A DNA stretch of 56,878 nucleotides, counting the filler, from Sphacelaria rigidula (Eukaryota), in the NCBI GenBank assembly GCA_964200075.2. It is 2 parts of 2 records of this genome, joined end to end, with 100 filler letters (N's around TTAATTAATTAA, not from the genome) between each part and the next. Parts side by side here need not be neighbours in the genome. Positions count along the whole stretch, not along the records: positions 1 to 28,400 come from CAXNAA020000099.1; positions 28,501 to 56,878 come from CAXNAA020000100.1. One strand, given 5' to 3'. The stretch's first letter is position 1. Every line of letters begins with the position of its first letter. This document shows, piece by piece, positions 24,201 through 35,000 of the stretch. Below the pieces are notes generated by a model. That model did not search any database. It saw only the letters and a program-made list of their open reading frames with translations, and was not told the origin of the DNA. The translations under genes and the position numbers were made by a program.

Positions 24201-26955
24201 GTGAAAACTACGTTCAGTTTCAGAGGTCAGGCCACGTCTAGCAGTCTGATTCTGGGAATTTATAGTACCACCCGTCTCCCCCGCCCCATCCCGCCAACTT
24301 AGAGCTCATATAATATCTTGGGTGTGGTGCAGGAATTGAGAGGTGTGCTATCTTCGGTCTGGAGTGAAGAAGTGAGACGTTTTGTGACTTCCACGTGTGT
24401 GCGAAGCCTCGGGTTACCTGGTAATATCTCCTCTTGTCTGTGTCGTATCAGATGGCAGCATGGGTGGTGATCACATTTGAAAAAAATTATTTGCACTCGC
24501 TAGATACTCTCTCGCAGGATACCGGCGGACCCGCCTCAACACTCCTCTCTATGAACCGAGGATCTGACGCCTGTTTGTTCCCGCAAACGTAAAAAATACA
24601 GCTCAGGCGCAGCCCACATAGCTGGCAGAAACATTGATCCTTGAACAGTTGGCTTCGAATTACAAGTCCGCCTGGTAGTATGCACGATATGTTAACTTAC
24701 ATTATGTACACTGTTCCTGTGCTTTTGCTTGTCTCGGCCGCGGTTTTCATGCTCTTCACTACAGTGGCAGAAGAAAAAAGGTGGAGGCGACGTGTGGGGT
24801 CCTGAGGTAAGACTTCACATTGGAGTATGACCGTGTGGGTCGATTCATTGATCGATTGATTTGTCGCGTATCAACTGGTCTGCTACAGATTTAGCTGTGG
24901 TCACGAGGTGGATGTGCCTAAGTAAAATTAACGGAAATACTTGCCGGAGAAAACTCGAGTGAAATGATAGGAGACAAAAGGACGGGGGAGAAGACAAGTA
25001 GAAGACACTGAGATGGGTACAAGGCTGAGATCTAGCTGGTCCTGTGAGCGCTTCGTTCGTGCCCCTGGAATGACTGCAACGAGTGTGTGGAGGAATCTTG
25101 CCGCGTGGTATGGTACGATTGATGACAGGAGAGACATGAAAAATACTTGGCAGGGCTTTTCTAGTGGCGAGGATCAGTGTGTTAATACCCGCCTTTCGTG
25201 TTTCGTCCCTGAGGCTGTCATCATTTGTGACTTTCGCTATCGCAAGTGCACCTAGTGAACGCGTCGTAAGTACCACCGTGACATAGGTCCCACGACCCTC
25301 TGCTCCCTGCCAGTTTTGGCACCCTCGTGGGTTGTTCTGTGCCTCTCAAGTCTGTTTTTCTGCGAACGGACTGCGGATCGCGAACTATGAGAGTGTTGCG
25401 CAAATCTTCCTAGTTGAGGGATACCCTCTGTTTGTAGCCTTTTGTTCGTCTTCGAGCCGTCTTTAGTGTACGCTTGCCTGATGAAACCGTGCCCTTCTCC
25501 GATTACGTTGGCCCTCTATTTTGTCATGTCTCAGCGACAGCAAGGGAAGTATAACCCGAGCGGTGGTGGCGGTGGTGGCGGCAGAGACAGCAGAGACAGG
25601 GCTTGGGATGCGGATAGAGATAGGAGGAGCCACGGTGTGCGACATGACTGGCACGGTAGACGTGGTGGAATCCGGGACAGAAGCCGAGACAGGAGCCGAG
25701 ACAGAAGCCGAGACAGGAGCCGAGACAGAAGCCGAGACAGGGGCCACGACAGGGATAGCGGAGGTGCTCGACGTCGTGTCAGTGATAGCAGAGATCGGGG
25801 GAGGTATGCAAGCAGCTACAGAGACAGAGAAAGAGACAGAAGCAGGGACCGGGACAGGGACAGAAGCAGGGACCGAGACAGGGACAGGGACAGGGACAGG
25901 AACAGAGACCGAGACAGGGACAGAGACAGAGACAGGGGAAGAAGTAAGAACGGCAGCAGTAGCAGAGGCAGAGGAAGGGGTGACAACAAGAGAGATGGTT
26001 TCAGTAGGGATCGTGAACGAGAAGGGGACGGCGACAGGAGCAGGCGCCACAAGAGTAGCAAAAGCAGAAGTAGGGGCAGGGAAGGCAGGGTCAGAAGTCA
26101 CAGCCGTAGTCGAGATCGTGCGCCGCGGGGCAGAGGTGAATCAAGGGCCAAGGACAGCGTTAGTGTAGCCAGCGACGACAGCAGCGACCGCGACAGAGGG
26201 AAGAGGGAGAGAAGCAGCGTGCGGAGGAGGGGCTCTAGTCGAGATCGGACGAGAGTGAGGAGCAGGTCTAGAGGTAGCACTAGGAGCAGCAGCAGCAGCG
26301 GGCCAAGAGATGGCAACCGGCGCGATAGTGGACCTTCTCGAGACGCCAACCGGAGCGAGAAAGAGAAAAACAGGACAAGCAGCGACAGCGGTGGCCGTAG
26401 GAGCGACAGGCACGAGAGCAACGAACGTGTGAGTGATGGTGATCCTAAGAAACGCAAGCGTCCAGGTGGCAGCAGCGGTAAGAGGACTGCCAGTATCCCG
26501 AAGGACCGACAAGCCGCCGAAGCACGGAGCGGTGGCGGTCTCAGTGACAGCGACGATGGTGACGACAACGAGGCAGGTGCGAGAGACGTTGGAGGTAGCC
26601 GAGGAGATGAGACAAGCATACGCAGTGCCAGTGCACGTAAAAAAACAGGAGATGAGAAGCGTGGTGCCGACGGGGCGGATGGTGTAAAGGGAAACAGCAA
26701 GAAGGGACTGGTTTCGAAACATGCCGATGGGACTCAGGATGGTGATGACGAAAGTGACGGCGAGAGGAGCGAGGATGGTGGACACGATCGCGGACGGAGT
26801 GAGCGAGGGGTGGCGCGAGTACGGGATGTCGGAAGCCAAAAAAGGGAAGCAGCGATGCTCGAGGAAAGCATGGGCACGGAGATGGAGTCGGAGAGAAAAA
26901 AGCCTGTTAAGAAGAAACGAGATGGGGACGGGGTTTCGTCCCCGGGTCGAAGAAG
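12108..26955 (+). CDS. RRM + RS/RD-rich SR-like RNA-binding protein (splicing-factor-like); 4 exons found, 3' end missing
   Basis: Exons 12108-12224, 20677-20778, 24765-24806 and 25535-26955 splice in frame with GT-AG boundaries. RNP2 (LFVGGI) and RNP1 (KGKFGFIEF) assemble across intron 1, followed by a long RD/RS domain. Confidence 0.85.
13975..14260 (+). pseudogene. Possible degenerate KDZ (Kyakuja-Dileera-Zisupton)-type transposase fragment
   Basis: Ordered motifs across stops and frameshifts: LKTGQGFSG, MPSIR, GDRNTNPGHRKHTAG, E..VVFDII, VLYYDCGC; compared with family motifs from memory only. Confidence 0.4.
16126..16289 (+). repeat. Repeat family C copy
   Basis: Shares GTGATTGAT-TGATTGGCTC and CCCCATTCACTCCCATAAC with the other copies. 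Confidence 0.65.
16525..16597 (+). repeat. Dispersed repeat shared with 56802-56878 (possible LTR end)
   Basis: GTGAGACACCCAT(T/G)AGGCAGTGTA...CTCAT at both loci. Confidence 0.6.
17534..17857 (+). mobile_element. tRNA-derived SINE, family A, intact copy
   Basis: Same head and body as the 1572 copy; (TAAAA)n-like tail; AATGGC on both flanks. Confidence 0.8.
20677..20778 (+). CDS. SR-like gene exon 2 (RRM C-half)
   Basis: tag|GKFGFIEFEDRKEAKDAMLHISGMKFGGGRLGVD|gtgagt; lies in a small low-quality piece between two N gaps. Confidence 0.85.
20990..22315 (-). mobile_element. SINE family A copy (reverse strand) split by a Tc1/mariner-like element
   Basis: 20990-21122 and 22196-22246 are contiguous reverse-complement SINE sequence; a further SINE fragment lies at ~22256-22315. 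Confidence 0.75.
21123..22195. mobile_element. Non-autonomous Tc1/mariner-like DNA element, 1073 bp
   Basis: TA|CAGGCTGGGCCGCCCAAGA ... TCTTAGGCGGCCCAGCCTG|TA; TA duplication confirmed against the empty SINE site; internal inverted and direct repeats; no transposase ORF. Confidence 0.85.
23663..23868 (+). mobile_element. Second tRNA-derived SINE-like element
   Basis: A box TGGCTCAGTCGG, B box GGTTCAAATC, non-tRNA body, A-run tail; cloverleaf incomplete; single copy in window. Confidence 0.55.
24765..24806 (+). CDS. SR-like gene exon 3
   Basis: cag|WQKKKGGGDVWGPE|gtaag; completes the RRM-terminal (LGVD)W motif in phase. Confidence 0.7.
25535..26955 (+). CDS. SR-like gene exon 4 (RD/RS low-complexity domain)
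   Basis: cag|RQQGKYNPSGGGG...RDRSRDRS...PGRR|gtaagt; 1421-nt open exon. Confidence 0.85.
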
Positions 26956-27056
26956 GTAAGTCTTTCTGATGAGCGGCTGCGGTCGAGGGTTCTGCGGGAA
27001 AAGGCGAAAGTCGAACTTGCTGGTTCTGCCAGCAGTTCTTTCACTGCGTTCGTTTT

Positions 27057-27079
27057 TGTGTGTGTGTGTGTGTGTGTGT
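27057..27079. repeat. (TG)n microsatellite
   Basis: About 11 TG units. Confidence 0.9.
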
Positions 27080-27842
27080 AATTTCTCTGGTTTGCGCGGC
27101 TTTAGGCCATTTCTTTTATATCAAAAAGCCATTATCAACAAGGTCGTTTCATGATAATCGACCGAAAATCCACTTCTTACGTGATCAGAAGACGCGTTTT
27201 TTTACAAGTTTTTTTTTCATCGCCTCAAGTTATTGAACAATCGCCCAAAGTTATTGAAGAAGCGCTTGAACTCCCGCCGCTCATCAACCTTACAGCCCCT
27301 TACATTCCATAACAGCCATGCTGGCTTGGCTGATATAACTACTGCTGCTGCTACTGCTCGCGGGTACTCAGCGTGTTACGCCACCCTCCTTGCCCGCCTG
27401 TAGCCGTGGTGGCCCTTTACCCCCCATGACAAAAGCGCAGGGCGGGGCCAAAGTCGGTATTATTTGGGGCGCACTTCAGCTCTGTGCATGCTGCGTGTTG
27501 CCAACAGCCGTCGCAATGCAGTACAGACTGTAGATGCGCCGAAGTCACAGCAGTCACACTGCAGTACAGACGGTACATGCGCCCAAGTCTTGTAGAAACA
27601 GGATCATACTGTACACAGAAAGCCTGCACGTGGTGCTACTGCGGTACAGTCAATGCATATAATGCAGCACTGTCTGCACCGTTGTCCGTGCTGTCCGTAC
27701 AGTCTGTAGTGAAGTATTAACGTACAACGATAGGGCACAACCGTCAGTTGTACAGTCAATGAGTACAGCAAGGCGGCGCTTCTATTTTTCGCCTTGCGTA
27801 ATCCAGTCCACCATGTATTGCCAAGTCAATACATTGTAGTAG

Positions 27843-28010
27843 TACATTTATGGGGGTGAATGGGGCCCGAATTTGGGCACTGCATATCTGTAAAATGGAC
27901 CGATCACTATCCACTGCAAAAAAATGACCCGTAATCGAGCCAATCGTATCAATCACAGACACAGACGTCATCTCCGAATGACGATCTCGCTCATATGGAA
28001 TGAACTCTAA
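27843..28010 (-). repeat. Dispersed ~170-bp repeat family C (possible TA-CAGT MITE)
   Basis: Reverse complement aligns to 6633-6762 plus 7332-7364 and to ~16145-16289; terminal fragment at 13449-13474. Confidence 0.7.
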
Positions 28011-28400
28011 CTTAAGTACATATTTACAAGCCTGCGAGTGGTCGTTGTCGCGGAAATGTAGTCGCTCCAGCGACTGCGCTGATATAGTGTTGTGTGCTTG
28101 TATTGTTTAGCTGTTGCACTCGGGAAGCACACGCCCACTACGTTCCACCCCGCATTCACCGTCCTTCTCCACATCAGCAGTCAAGAACACGAAAAGTGGC
28201 TGCAGTTGCGGGCGTCACCCACAACAACAACCCCACCTAACCCTTTTACTCACATATCGCAAAAACGAAGCAGCAGAGAATATTCAAACAATTAACACGA
28301 GTTTCGAGTATCGTGGAACAAGTGAGGATGATGTGGACGACGATGACGAAGAAAAAGCGATTCACGCTGTGCGGCTGGGCTGCATATGGCATACCCCGCA

Positions 28401-28500
28401 NNNNNNNNNNNNNNNNNNNNNNNNNNNNNNNNNNNNNNNNNNNNTTAATTAATTAANNNNNNNNNNNNNNNNNNNNNNNNNNNNNNNNNNNNNNNNNNNN
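28401..28500. other. Artificial assembly spacer
   Basis: 44 N + TTAATTAATTAA (stops in all six frames) + 44 N = exactly 100 nt. Confidence 0.95.
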
Positions 28501-28801
28501 AACAAATTCAGTGAAAACAGCGCCCCAACCCCCGCGTCCCCCATTCAATGCCCCCCCCCCCCCCCCATCGCTCTTTTATCTCCATGTGCAAACGCGAGCT
28601 TCGGCAAGCCATGAATGATCTCCCCCGGGCTTCAAGACATTTACAATTCCACAACCTGGCTGCATGGTATACGCTTACGAACTCACTGCTTCATTCCCCA
28701 TGTATCGAATTTCTCCTGAAGAACTGACAAGCCTTCGGTGCGACCTTGTCCCTCCTTCCCTCCTTCCCCACGCCAACCTTTGAATACGCCCGAAACCACA
28801 G

Positions 28802-29041
28802 ACGGATATCTTTGTGAACCCGGATTTCGCGGTGTTCATCACCATGAATCCTGGGTACGCGGGGCGATCCGCTCTGCCAGACAACTTGGAAGCGCTTTTC
28901 CGCCCCGTGGCGATGATGGTGCCGGACTATGCTCTGATTGGCGAAATTATGCTGTTTAGTTTCGGATACTTGGAGAATCGGAAATGTGCGCAGAAGATGG
29001 TAGCTACGTTCAGGCTTTGCTCGGAGCAGCTGTCCGCTCAG
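28802..29041 (+). CDS. Dynein heavy chain exon (end of AAA1)
   Basis: cag|[43 protein letters not shown]...CSEQLSAQ|gt. Confidence 0.93.
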
Positions 29042-32000
29042 GTTCGGTGTGTGTTGCGGTGGCATGCGTGTCGCTAGCTACATGACCAGCGTTCTTTAAC
29101 GCCAATTTATGTGTACAACATATCGGCCATTGTGCTCCACGTCGAAATATATGTGGGTGCACGACTGATGCTCATTTATCACCGCGCTTTTGGGTTGTGG
29201 ATTGTCGTATACCGCAGTCGTTCTGCTTGTTCAAAAACAGAGGCGCCGTTATTAAGAGTCGATTGTTTGTGCCCTCGATCTTCGGGTGGTGCGAAATGTA
29301 CAGAGTGATACCAGGCATGATCCACTCTGGACGTGAGCATCAAGACTGGGAGGTCCTTCGCACGACGTAATAAATCCTGATGGTGTCTTCCTAACTGCAT
29401 GCGTCGGATATACTCGAAATATACACGAGAACCTTTCAAGTGGAGCTTCGTTATCGGCTGAATACACCATGCAAATACCAGGGTAGGTGGGCACTGGTTA
29501 TTTCGCGGTAGCTTCTTGTACCTATCAATTAGAGCTCGGAAATGGCACGAGTTATAACTGACCATTTTCATTTTAATGGTGATAGTGGTCATGATAAAAT
29601 GCTGGATAATGGGTTCAAACCATTATTTACCGTTACCTGCTTTACAAGCCTCAATTTAACGTATTTCTTAGTTCTAGTGAAGCCAAATCGCGTAGTAACG
29701 TGCCTCCGGCACGGCACCTCCAGCGGGCCGCCCTCGGCTGGGGGGGGGAGCTTTTCGGCTAGCGGCTTCGCCGCTTGATAACCAAACCATTACATATCAT
29801 TTTACTGGATAATAATTGCGCTATGCATAACCGTCCAACTGAATAATGCTTAGACAAACCATTTCCGAGCTCTACGATGAATCCTTACCACCATCGGCGG
29901 GGTTCTTCAAATCCATGGCGTCCCTCACGGGAACAAGAGTGACTGAGGCCTGCTAGCAGATTTGCGTTATATTATTATCTAATGACATCGTCGTCCAAAA
30001 CCCTGGTGCATATTTGACAATACAACGGTTGTGCTTGTCTGTCAGGATCACTACGATTATGGCATGCGAGCAGTGAAAACAGTTATATCTGCGGCGGGGA
30101 ACCTCAAGCGAGCGAGCCCGGAGGAGAACGAGGAGGCCTTGCTTCTTAGGGCACTGCAGGTGCACAGCACGAGTTTTCGGCAGCCTCTCCACGCCTCTTT
30201 CGTCTTCAATCAAAGACCAAAACTTTGGTCTTGCGGCCTGTAGTGTCACGTATGCGACAGGTACTCTAGATGATTGAGGGTGATGCTTTGCACTAACCCT
30301 CAGTAGCGCTTAGCCTTGATACAAAGACGTATTTAAATGTGCCACCCGAAGCACAGCGATAAACTTTGCTACGAACAAAGAATGGGGCGGAAAGTACGCT
30401 CAGCACATGGGGTACAGCAATAACAAGGTGGTACTTGGGAATGAGGGCAGGTGACGGCAGCGGAAGCAAGCATCGTGGAACAAGCTCAGTACTCCACACG
30501 CGGTTTCCGGCCGGCGATCGTAGTTTGCTCCCTTTTCGCTGTTACAAATATTTTATATCTTGATATTACCACTGCCAACCTTGAAACGATACTACTGTTC
30601 CATATTGCATTAAAGATACAAATTACTCAGATAATGATGATACTTGTAGCACAAGAACGTCAACGGTTGGCCGAATCTTGCCTTTTCACACCGCCCTCAC
30701 CACGCTTCACAGGATGTCAACGTCCCCAAGTTTTTGGCGCACGACCTCCCACTGTTCGGAGGTATCCTTAGCGACTTGTTCCCGGGCATAGAACGACCTG
30801 CATTCGACTACGGCCCGCTGCTGAATTCTGTCAAATTGGCCATGCAAAACCAAGGACTACAGCCGGTATGAATGTGATCCAGGGCTTCGTAGATATGAAC
30901 GAGTGGTTTTTGTAGGCTTAGGGGTTTCCGGCGGATCGGCGCTTTTCTGTGGTCCAAGAATATCACTCAGTTGGGGGCTAAAGATGGTTGGGGTAGGGTA
31001 CAGGTCCAGATACAGGCCACTACTTCAGGCACTCCAGGATTTCAGCGTTGATTTTTAGTTGAAATCCCAGGTACCGCGGGACTCTCAGCCAGCATGTCGG
31101 CAAACGACACCACCGGTAACGGGGAATAGCCGATGCCGTGACTACCCTGTAAATTCAGGGTACCCTGAAGTACCAAACCCCACCCTAGCCCCCTCTGCAG
31201 GGTTCACACTCGATTCTACTTTCGAATTGATTGCAGTTCTCACCAAAGTGATTGATGTTCACCCGATTAAGGGCTGCTCACTTGACTGACGGCTTTCAGT
31301 CGATAGAAAATCCGTATTCGGGTAAGAGTTCTTACTTAGTTAAGGCTTTTCATTTGATTCACACCAATCGATTAAGTCTAACGTGCTCCAACTGAGCCAC
31401 TGGAAATCCTTTCGGTTGAGGAGTACTTTATGGTGATGCAGGTTTTCTGACACTTGAGGGTCTCGCATGTTAAGGAATACGTGCTTCACCCTGTACTACG
31501 CCAGTTAGGTAGAGTCACCAGTAGGGGCGATTTGTGAAGTACGTCCCAGGAATAAGAGTTATTCGACAAAGGAAGACTTCGAGAATAGCGGGCGATTAGC
31601 ACGGGTTATTCCCCTAGCAATTTCTAGACGTCGAGACATTGAAAGAACGAGGCAGGCAAGCTAACCCCCCTTTTTGCTCACTTCCTTCCGACATCCTTCT
31701 GACAACTAACTTGCTGCCGTCCACGTCTACTTCTGTGTAGAGCATGGAACGCCGAGTATATCTCCTTGCGTAAGGTAGGGATTGAGAGTGACTGGAGACC
31801 ATCACGGTTCTTCGATAATAATAAGACAATTTTCAACCATCTCCATCATCGAGACACGCTCGACTGCTTGCTGAGCTTTCAATTGCTCCAGCGTCTGAAA
31901 CTGGGAAGCCGTGTTCACATCCGTGAAACTCATCGAGTTGGATCACTTTAACATCGCAACGGATTCAGGGTTGCCAACCAAAGGATCATCACGCTTCTGA

Positions 32001-35000
32001 CCACAGCAACAGAATGTTTGATTAAATCCTCGTTTCTAATGCGACTCAAGCAGACAGTCTTTTAGGTATACGGTGAACCTCCTAAAGATGAAGCACAACA
32101 GGCTGTCCGAGAGTCAGATCAGCACCTGAGCATTCGCGGTTAGACTGTCAACTCACCATCACTTCTACAACCGTTGTTGTGAAGTGAGAATAAGCGGTGT
32201 CGACGAAACTGCGCGAAGTCACGCTTTTGGTAGTTCGTAGCAAATCGGGTTTGGGCTAGTACACAGCAGGCCCGGGGTATCCCAACAAGGTTAGATGAGG
32301 GGGTCATCGGACAGACTGCCGAAACCACTGCGGTTGTCATTCGATGTGCGGTTATGAAATTATGCTAGCGCCGATATTCGTCGTGGAGATCTAGCAGCAC
32401 GAATACATTCGTGTCCGGCACTTCCTGCTGGCAACAGCAAATTGAGCCTCCACAAATGCGAACATATATCGACGCCTCTTTTCGACCACCGTCGCCAACG
32501 TATTCGAGCTGTATGACATTATACGTACCTCATACGTTCTGACGTGAAAAATCTGCAGGTACCTATTTTCATCACGAAAGTAATCGAGCTGTACGAAATG
32601 ATTTGTGTCCGGCACGGTCTGATGGTAGTGGGACCAACCGGAGGCGGGAAGAGCAAGAATATCGCAGTACTCCAGGAGGCGCTCACGCATCTGAAGGTGC
32701 GTGTCATAGGGGAGGTATTTTAAGACGGAGTCATGATGCGATAGATATTGCACATTTGGGCTCAGATCTTTCTCACTCAGGCGCCCCGAAAGTTGAGAGC
32801 TACACAAGAATGTGCGTCAGGACATTCCCATTTTAACTTTCGTTCGGGGTGTATCCCTAACCCACTGAAATACCGATCGTGGCGTGCTCTCACATATTCA
32901 TAAGTCGGTTTTGGATGAGATAGAGGGTTTCCGACAATTCGAACCTCAGCAACTCTTTGTGCACCCCTGCCGTAGCACCAATCACCGTATGTGAAACTAT
33001 GCCACAAAATGTTCAAATTCGTCTTGTACCATGTTGGCCCGCTATTCAACACTGACTCGCTTCATAGTAACTGCTGTTTTCGCTATTGCTTGTTTCGGCT
33101 TGTACCACCTCGTGTCTTGCTCTCTATGACGTGTGGTGATTGTCATCGATAAAGTGCAGTATACTATAGAAGTGAAATGTTTCTTGTTGCTATGTGGGAA
33201 ATGCCTGATAGCACCAGACTTTCCAGTGCCCGATATTGCAGGGTTTACGGTCCAACTAGAATGCGGATTTCCCCCTTTCCCAACAGTGGTGTCCTACTGT
33301 AGGCATCCCTCTGCTACGAAATAGTGATGAGATAAAAAGGTGCACGGAGGTGATTGATGCACGGTACTATTCCCTTCGAAGGTTGTCGAATATAGGCGCC
33401 ACTATAAAGGAAACAGTACTGAGGACCAGCGTCCGGATGGGTAGGGTGGCTCTCGTACAGATTCGAGCTGGGGGACATTGAAAGGAGGCTTGCTCGGTGA
33501 GGGAGACCCTATCTATTGAGGACGAGAGATACTTTCAAGTCCGAGATTATCTGGGTGGGGGGGTAGCCCCACCTTGGTGCCCACCCGTACACCGACCACC
33601 TTGATTATATTTCAGCTTGAAGACTGACTTCGAAGGGGCAGCGAGGTGGGGCGCACTCGAAGGCGCTGCACGAAACTAGAAATAGCGAAGTACACGGTGA
33701 AGGTTCCTACCTCTCTCCTGGGGAGTAGTGACGTGTCATTGCTGGCCGGTAGTGCCGGCTCAGTAACAGGTGCATCTGTTGCTGCAGTACTTCTTCTAAC
33801 GGCTGGCGTCGTGTGCAATCATCTGTTCTTCCCCATCTCCACTTCATCAGCGCATTGGCGTCCAGGGTGAACGGTACGAAAAGGTGGAGACCTTTCACCT
33901 CAACCCCAAGTCGATCACTATGGGGCAGCTGTACGGTGAATTCGACGACAATACTCACGAGTGGCAGGTGTGTGCAGTGATGTTCCGAACGGCTGTCACC
34001 CCTTCGAAGCCAATGGTGGGTCGATTTCTTCGATCGACACCATCGCCGCTTTTACCTGTACCTGTATCAAATAAGCATAAATCATGGCGGCCCATTTGTT
34101 CGCGGTCGACATTATACGAAGAGCGTCGCGGAGACCAACCTCTGTACATATCTTGACGGAATACAGCATTTCTCTTGGACAGTACAATTATGATTCCACT
34201 CAGTGAGATGTTTTGCTCTTATCGTGGGCAAATGGTGCTGAGTTCCAGATGATTTGTGTCACATTTTGGAATGTGCCATGGATGTAGTGCTACGGAGTGT
34301 GCGGCGTCGCCTTTGTTTTTGACAGATACCAACACCACGCCTTCTCAGCACGCATGACGTACGGGATTAACTCTGCGTAGGGTTCAAGCTCCACGAAAAC
34401 GTGGACTTCGATATTGTGTGATGATACTTTCTCATTCATCAAATAACAGACATTTCTATGAAATGAGATTGTACGATAAAATGATATTCAAGCCGGAACA
34501 GTGCTTTTTTCCCACTTTCAGCGATGGTGCCCGATGACGTTTTTGTCGGCCTAATGCCCCTCTATCGCTTGGATACTTTTTCAGCGCATTTTACCAACTC
34601 TGTGAGCTTACAGCGCTGACTGAAAGCGTCATTTTCCCTGATATTTTGGGAGAGGGTGATATCAGGGAAAATTACGGTTTCAGTCAGCGCTGTAGCTCAC
34701 AGAGTTGGTAGAATGCGCTGAAAAGGTATCCACGCGATCGAGGGGTATTAGACCGAGAAAACAGTCACTGGGTACCACCGCTGTTAGTGTGGGGAAAACA
34801 CTGTTTTGGGCTTGGACCTCATTTTATTGTAAAAGCTTATTTCATATAATTGTTCATTGAATAGGTCATTGTGATCTCTTTACATCCCGCACTCGGTGCT
34901 ATAATCTTGCAATCAAGATATCCTGCGTTGCTTTTCATGACCAATCTACACAAAAGCGAATTCAAGCACACCTCATTTGCAGCAGATCCTTCGATTCGAT

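Noticed and set aside
25676..25740. CRISPR-like array
   Set aside because: Spacerless coding tandem repeat in eukaryotic DNA; no cas genes.
25463..26839. Long alternative-frame and antisense ORFs (TETGTG, SLSLSR and VSVPVP repeats)
   Set aside because: Shadows of the low-complexity RD/RS exon; only the RS frame splices to the RRM.
26966..27010. Hammerhead-like CTGATGA...CGAAA
   Set aside because: Stems I-III cannot be formed.
28300..28400. Acidic stretch EDDVDDDDEEK as a further SR-gene exon
   Set aside because: No clear acceptor in the right phase, and it runs into the gap.
30973..31192. Degenerate inverted repeat in a dynein intron
   Set aside because: Arms too short and divergent to define termini or a TSD.
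34688..34722. tRNA D-arm-like motif GTAGCTCACAGAGTTGGTAGAATG inside the hairpin
   Set aside because: No T-arm or B box follows; probably coincidental.
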